Shown here in pieces: positions 56,943 through 64,000 of a stretch of 64,000 nt of DNA. Under the pieces are notes generated by a model. The model was not told where the DNA came from and did no database searches. It was given only the letters and a program-made list of their open reading frames with translations. The stretch is from assembly GCA_964057225.1 (NCBI GenBank), contig OZ059900.1, positions 24,242,001-24,306,000 of the forward strand. Direction: 5' to 3'. Numbering within the stretch: position 1 is the stretch's first letter; the number at the start of each line of letters is the position of its first letter. A program made the translations under genes and the position numbers. This DNA is from Auanema rhodensis (Eukaryota; Animalia; Nematoda).

Positions 56943-59900
56943 GATTTAATCAATATTAGCCATAAGGGGCGTGCCCTCAGAATATGCTAATTTCCTTAAT
57001 TTTCTAACCCCTGTTTTTTTGTCGTGAAAGTGGAACTAGACGTTGTAGGAACAATTTTGAGCTAGGTTTCATTGACATTGCATGAGTTTGAACACATGAA
57101 ATCGTAAGTCAAAACCTTGTTTACAGCGAAATTTCCAAAAACTGGTTTTCCAGCATAATAAAATATTTCTCATGGGAAATACTGTGTTTTTGTATTTTTA
57201 TAGTGTTCAGCATGTAAAATGTTTCATTTTAGTATGTAACACGCTGAAATTCGTTGCATTTGACGACTCATATGAACAAAAATCGATTTAATCAATATTA
57301 GCCATAAAGGGCGTGCCCTCAGAATATGCTAATTTCCTTAATTTTCTAACCCCTGTTTTGTTGTCGTGAAAGTGGAACTAGACGTTGTAGGAACAATTTT
57401 GAGCTAGGTTTCATTGACATTGCATGAGTTTGAACACATGAAATCGTAAGTCAAAACCTTGTTTACAGCGAACTTTCCAAAAACTGGTTTTCCAGCATAA
57501 TAAAATATTTCTTATGGGAAATACTGTGTTTTTGTATTTTTCTAGTGTTCAGCATGTGAAATGCTTCATTTTAGTATGTAACACGCTGAAATTCGTTGCA
57601 TTTGACGACTCATATGAACAAAAATCGATTTAATCAATATTAGCCATAAGGGGCGTGCCCTCAGAATATGCTAATTTCCTTAATTTTCTAACCCCTGTTT
57701 TGTTGTCGTGAAAGTGGAACTAGACGTTGTAGGAACAATTTTGAGCTAGGTTTCATTGACATTGCATGAGTTTGAACACATGAAATCGTAAGTCAAAACC
57801 TTGTTTACAGCGAAATTTCCAAAAACTGGTTTTCCAGCATAATAAAATATTTCTCATGGGAAATACTGTGTTTTTGTATTTTTGTAGTGTTCAGCATGTA
57901 AAATGCTTCATTTTAGTATGTAACACGCTGAAATTCGTTGCATTTGACGACTCATATGAACAAAAATCGATTTAATCAATATTAGCCATAAGGGGCGTGC
58001 CCTCAGAATATGCTAATTTCCTTAATTTTCTAACCCCTGTTTTTTGTCGTGAAAGTGGAACTAGACGTTGTAGGAACAATTTTGAGCTAGGTTTCATTGA
58101 CATTGCATGAGTTTGAACACATGAAATCGTAAGTCAAAACCTTGTTTACAGCGAAATTTCCAAAAACTGGTTTTCCAGCATAATAAAATATTTCTCATGG
58201 GAAATACTGTGTTTTTGTATTTTTATAGTGTTCAGCATGTAAAATGCTTCATTTTAGTATGTAACACGCTGAAATTCGTTGCATTTGACGACTCATATGA
58301 ACAAAAATCGATTTAATCAATATTAGCCATAAGGGGCGTGCCCTCAGAATATGCTAATTTCCTTAATTTTCTAACCCCTGTTTTTTTGTCGTGAAAGTGG
58401 AATTAGACGTTGTAGGAACAATTTTGAGCTAGGTTTCATTGACATTGCATGAGTTTGAACACATGAAATCGTAAGTCAAAACCTTGTTTACAGCGAAACT
58501 TCCAAAAACTGGTTTTCCAGCATAATAAAATATTTCTCATGGGAAATACTGTGTTTTTGTATTTTTATGGTGTTCAGCATGTAAAATGCTTCATTTTAGT
58601 ATGTAACACGCTGAAATTCGTTGCATTTGACGACTCATATGAACAAAAATCGATTTAATCAATATTAGCCATAAGGGTCGTGCCCTCAGAATATGCTAAT
58701 TTCCTTAATTTTCTAACCCCTGTTTTTTTGTCGTGAAAGTGGAACTAGACGTTGTAGGAACAGTTTTGAGCTAGGTTTCATTGACATTGCATGAGTTTGA
58801 ACACATGAAATCGTAAGTCAAAACCTTGTTTACAGCGAAATTTCCAAAAAGTGGTTTTCCAGCATAATAAAATATTTCTCATGGGAAATACTGTGTTTTT
58901 GTATTTTTCTAGTGTTCAGCATGTAAAATGCTTCATTTAAGTATGTGACACGCTGAAATTCGTTGCATTTGACGACTCATATGAACAAAAATCGATTTAA
59001 TCAATATTAGCCATAAGGGGCGTGCCCTCAGATTATGCTAATTTCCTTAATTTTCTAACCCCTGTTTTTTGTCGTGAAAGTGGAACTAGACGTTGTAGGA
59101 ACAATTTTGAGCTAGGTTTCATTGACATTGCATGAGTTTGAACACATGAAATCGTAAGTCAAAACCTTGTTTACAGCGAAATTTCCAAAAACTGGTTTTC
59201 CAGCATAATAAAATATTTCTCATGGGAAATACTGTGTTTTTGTATTTTTCTAGTGTTCAGCATGCAAAATACTTCATTTTAGTATGTAACACGCTGAAAT
59301 TCGTTGCATTTGACGACTCATATGAACAAAAATCGATTTAATCAATATTAGCCATAAGGGGCGTGCCCTCAGAATATGCTAATTTCCTAAATTTTCTAAC
59401 CCCTGTTTTTTTGTCGTGAAAGTGGAACTAGACGTTGTACGAACAATTTTGAGCTAGGTTTCATTGACATTGCATGAGTTTGAACACATGAAATCGTAAG
59501 TCAAAACCTTGTTTACAGCGAAATTTCCAAAAACTGGTTTTCCAGCATAATAAAATATTTCTCATGGGAAAAACTGTGTTTTTGTATTTTTCTAGTGTTC
59601 AGCATGTAAAATGCTTCATTTTAGTATGTAACACGCTGAAATTCGTTGCATTTGACGACTCATATGAACAAAAATCGATTTAATCAATATTAGCCATAAG
59701 AGGCGTGCCCTCAGAATATGCTAATTTCCTTAATTTTCTAACCCCTGTTTTTTTGTCGTGAAAGTGGAACTAGACGTTGTAGGAACAATTTTGAGCTAGA
59801 TTTCTTTGACATTGCATGAGTTTGAACACATGAAATCGTAAGTCAAAACCTTGTTTACAGCGAAAATTCCAAAAACTGGTTTTCCAGCATAATAAAATAT

Positions 59901-62900
59901 TTCTCATGGGAAATACTGTGTTTTTGTATTTTTCTAGTGTTCAGCATGTAAAATGCTTCATTTAAGTATGTGACACGCTGAAATTCGTTGCATTTGACGA
60001 CTCATATGAACAAAAATCGATTTAATCAATATTAGCCATAAGGGGCGTGCCCTCAGATTATGCTAATTTCCTTAATTTTCTAACCCCTGTTTTTTGTCGT
60101 GAAAGTGGAACTAGACGTTGTAGGAACAATTTTGAGCTAGGTTTCATTGACATTGCATGAGTTTGAACACATGAAATCGTAAGTCAAAACCTTGTTTACA
60201 GCGAAATTTCCAAAAACTGGTTTTCCAGCATAATAAAATATTTCTCATGGGAAATACTGTGTTTTTGTATTTTTCTAGTGTTCAGCATGCAAAATACTTC
60301 ATTTTAGTATGTAACACGCTGAAATTCGTTGCATTTGACGACTCATATGAACAAAAATCGATTTAATCAATATTAGCCATAAGGGGCGTGCCCTCAGAAT
60401 ATGCTAATTTCCTAAATTTTCTAACCCCTGTTTTTTTGTCGTGAAAGTGGAACTAGACGTTGTACGAACAATTTTGAGCTAGGTTTCATTGACATTGCAT
60501 GAGTTTGAACACATGAAATCGTAAGTCAAAACCTTGTTTACAGCGAAATTTCCAAAAACTGGTTTTCCAGCATAATAAAATATTTCTCATGGGAAAAACT
60601 GTGTTTTTGTATTTTTCTAGTGTTCAGCATGTAAAATGCTTCATTTTAGTATGTAACACGCTGAAATTCGTTGCATTTGACGACTCATATGAACAAAAAT
60701 CGATTTAATCAATATTAGCCATAAGAGGCGTGCCCTCAGAATATGCTAATTTCCTTAATTTTCTAACCCCTGTTTTTTTGTCGTGAAAGTGGAACTAGAC
60801 GTTGTACGAACAATTTTGAGCTAGGTTTCATTGACATTGCATGAGTTTGAACACATGAAATCGTAAGTCAAAACCTTGTTTACAGCGAAATTTCCAAAAA
60901 CTGGTTTTCCAGCATAATAAAATATTTCTCATGGGAAATACTGTGTTTTTGTATTTTTATAGTGTTCAGCATGTAAAATGTTTCATTTTAGTATGTAACA
61001 CGCTGAAATTCGTTGCATTTGACGACTCATATGAACAAAAATCGATTTAATCAATATAAGCCATAAAGGGCGTGCCCTCAGAATATGCTAATTTCCTTAA
61101 TTTTCTAACCACTGTTTTTTTGTCGTGAAAGTGGAACTAGACGTTGTAGGAACAATTTTGAGCTAGGTTTCATTGACATTGCATGAGTTTGAACACATGA
61201 AATCGTAAGTCAAAACCTTGTTTACAGCGAAATTTCCAAAAACTCGTTTTCCAGCATAATAAAATATTTCTCATGGGAAATACTGTGTTTTTGTATTTTT
61301 TTAGTGTTCAGCATGTAAAATGCTTCATTTTAGTATGTAACACGCTGAAATTAATTGCATTTGACGACTCATATGAACAAAAATCGATTTAATCAATATT
61401 AGCCATAAGGGGCGTGCCCTCAGAATATGCTAATTTCCTTAATTTTCTAACCCCTGTTTTTTTGTCGTGAAAGTGGAACTAGACGTTGTACGAACAATTT
61501 TGAGCTAGGTTTCATTGACATTGCATGAGTTTGAACACATGAAATCGTAAGTCAAAACCTTGTTTACAGCGAAATTTCCAAAAACTGGTTTTCCAGCATA
61601 ATAAAATATTTCTCATGGGAAATACTGTGTTTTTGTATTTTTCTAGTGTTCAGCATGTGAAATGCTTCATTTTAGTATGTAACACGCTGAAATTCGTTGC
61701 ATTTGACGACTCATATGAACAAAAATCGATTTAATCAATATTAGCCATAAGGGGCGTGCCCTCAGAATATGCTAATTTCCTTAATTTTCTAACCCCTGTT
61801 TTTTTGTCGTGAAAGTGGAATTAGACGTTGTAGGAACAATTTTGAGCTAGGTTTCATTGACATTGCATGAGTTTGAACACATGAAATCGTAAGTCAAAAC
61901 CTTGTTTACAGCGAAACTTCCAAAAACTGGTTTTCCAGCATAATAAAATATTTCTTATGGGAAATACTGTGTTTTTGTATTTTTCTAGTGTTCAGCATGT
62001 GAAATGCTTCATTTTAGTATGTAACACGCTGAAATTCGTTGCATTTGACGACTCATATGAACAAAAATCGATTTAATCAATATTAGCCATAAGGGGCGTG
62101 CCCTCAGAATATGCTAATTTCCTTAATTTTCTAACCCCTGTTTTGTTGTCGTGAAAGTGGAACTAGACGTTGTAGGAACAATTTTGAGCTAGGTTTCATT
62201 GACATTGCATGAGTTTGAACACATGAAATCGTAAGTCAAAACCTTGTTTACAGCGAAATTTCCAAAAACTGGTTTTCCAGCATAATAAAATATTTCTCAT
62301 GGGAAATACTGTGTTTTTGTATTTTTGTAGTGTTCAGCATGTAAAATGCTTCATTTTAGTATGTAACACGCTGAAATTCGTTGCATTTGACGACTCATAT
62401 GAACAAAAATCGATTTAATCAATATTAGCCATAAGGGGCGTGCCCTCAGAATATGCTAATTTCCTTAATTTTCTAACCCCTGTTTTTTGTCGTGAAAGTG
62501 GAACTAGACGTTGTAGGAACAATTTTGAGCTAGGTTTCATTGACATTGCATGAGTTTGAACACATGAAATCGTAAGTCAAAACCTTGTTTACAGCGAAAT
62601 TTCCAAAAACTGGTTTTCCAGCATAATAAAATATTTCTCATGGGAAATACTGTGTTTTTGTATTTTTATAGTGTTCAGCATGTAAAATGCTTCATTTTAG
62701 TATGTAACACGCTGAAATTCGTTGCATTTGACGACTCATATGAACAAAAATCGATTTAATCAATATTAGCCATAAGGGGCGTGCCCTCAGAATATGCTAA
62801 TTTCCTTAATTTTCTAACCCCTGTTTTTTTGTCGTGAAAGTGGAATTAGACGTTGTAGGAACAATTTTGAGCTAGGTTTCATTGACATTGCATGAGTTTG

Positions 62901-64000
62901 AACACATGAAATCGTAAGTCAAAACCTTGTTTACAGCGAAACTTCCAAAAACTGGTTTTCCAGCATAATAAAATATTTCTCATGGGAAATACTGTGTTTT
63001 TGTATTTTTATGGTGTTCAGCATGTAAAATGCTTCATTTTAGTATGTAACACGCTGAAATTCGTTGCATTTGACGACTCATATGAACAAAAATCGATTTA
63101 ATCAATATTAGCCATAAGGGTCGTGCCCTCAGAATATGCTAATTTCCTTAATTTTCTAACCCCTGTTTTTTTGTCGTGAAAGTGGAACTAGACGTTGTAG
63201 GAACAGTTTTGAGCTAGGTTTCATTGACATTGCATGAGTTTGAACACATGAAATCGTAAGTCAAAACCTTGTTTACAGCGAAATTTCCAAAAAGTGGTTT
63301 TCCAGCATAATAAAATATTTCTCATGGGAAATACTGTGTTTTTGTATTTTTCTAGTGTTCAGCATGTAAAATGCTTCATTTAAGTATGTGACACGCTGAA
63401 ATTCGTTGCATTTGACGACTCATATGAACAAAAATCGATTTAATCAATATTAGCCATAAGGGGCGTGCCCTCAGATTATGCTAATTTCCTTAATTTTCTA
63501 ACCCCTGTTTTTTGTCGTGAAAGTGGAACTAGACGTTGTAGGAACAATTTTGAGCTAGGTTTCATTGACATTGCATGAGTTTGAACACATGAAATCGTAA
63601 GTCAAAACCTTGTTTACAGCGAAATTTCCAAAAACTGGTTTTCCAGCATAATAAAATATTTCTCATGGGAAATACTGTGTTTTTGTATTTTTCTAGTGTT
63701 CAGCATGCAAAATACTTCATTTTAGTATGTAACACGCTGAAATTCGTTGCATTTGACGACTCATATGAACAAAAATCGATTTAATCAATATTAGCCATAA
63801 GGGGCGTGCCCTCAGAATATGCTAATTTCCTAAATTTTCTAACCCCTGTTTTTTTGTCGTGAAAGTGGAACTAGACGTTGTACGAACAATTTTGAGCTAG
63901 GTTTCATTGACATTGCATGAGTTTGAACACATGAAATCGTAAGTCAAAACCTTGTTTACAGCGAAATTTCCAAAAACTGGTTTTCCAGCATAATAAAATA

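Larger units (their letters stand above)
39935..60800 (+). repeat. Tandem duplication of a 10,396-bp (30-monomer) unit; boundaries approximate
   Basis: Rare SNPs pair at +10396: AACCTTATTT at 43917/54313 and AGATTTCTT at 49409/59805. The 413-bp monomers pair at the same offset. 30x342 + 2x71 - 6 = 10396. Confidence 0.92.
1..64000. repeat. Tandem satellite DNA array, 342-bp monomer, about 186 copies, probably (peri)centromeric or heterochromatic
   Basis: The monomer start motif GATTTAATCAATAT recurs at 1, 343, 685, 1711, 3421 and so on (1+342n). The same monomer fills the entire window in one or other orientation. Monomer 1 has 114 G+C of 342 bases. The heterochromatic or centromeric role is inferred from array size and homogeneity only. 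Confidence 0.99.
31132..64000 (+). repeat. Right forward arm with indel-bearing monomers (341, 354/355 and 413 bp) and large nested duplications
   Basis: Forward monomers resume, with the first full copy at 31195. This arm contains T6-tract monomers, a 13-bp insertion and 72-bp internal duplications. Confidence 0.97.

Noticed and set aside
35792-56949. Six pairs of overlapping 71-aa (-) and 81-aa (+) ORFs with an internal 24-aa repeat
   Set aside because: They coincide exactly with the 413-bp monomers. The 1-bp deletion and in-frame 72-bp duplication lengthen chance open frames. The + ORF starts at TTG, and I recognise no domain or gene context.
1-64000. CRISPR array or other repeat-spacer system
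   Set aside because: There are no unique spacers. The whole 342-bp unit is repeated and no cas genes are present.

Overview
The whole window is one eukaryotic-type satellite DNA array: about 186 tandem copies of an AT-rich 342-bp monomer (33% GC, counted on monomer 1). The copies differ only at a few dozen recurring SNPs and small indels. I find no credible genes, RNA genes, transposons or CRISPR arrays. All listed ORFs are by-products of satellite rearrangements or a stop-removing SNP. The array has three segments: a forward arm with no net indels (1-22827), an 8.3-kb inverted block (22828-31131) and a second forward arm (31132-64000). The most notable result is that the inversion is not a clean reciprocal flip. 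Both junctions are fold-back-type, forming long quasi-palindromes with loops of only about 49 and 75 nt. At the right junction three rare variants sit at exactly mirror-symmetric coordinates, which points to a fold-back or template-switch inverted duplication. Variant patterns also show nested higher-order duplications (3-, 5-, 7-, 11-, 13-, 15- and 30-monomer units) and a 413-bp monomer variant with a 72-bp internal duplication, present six times. The organism and any centromeric role cannot be determined from the sequence alone. Coordinates and variant counts were read by eye.
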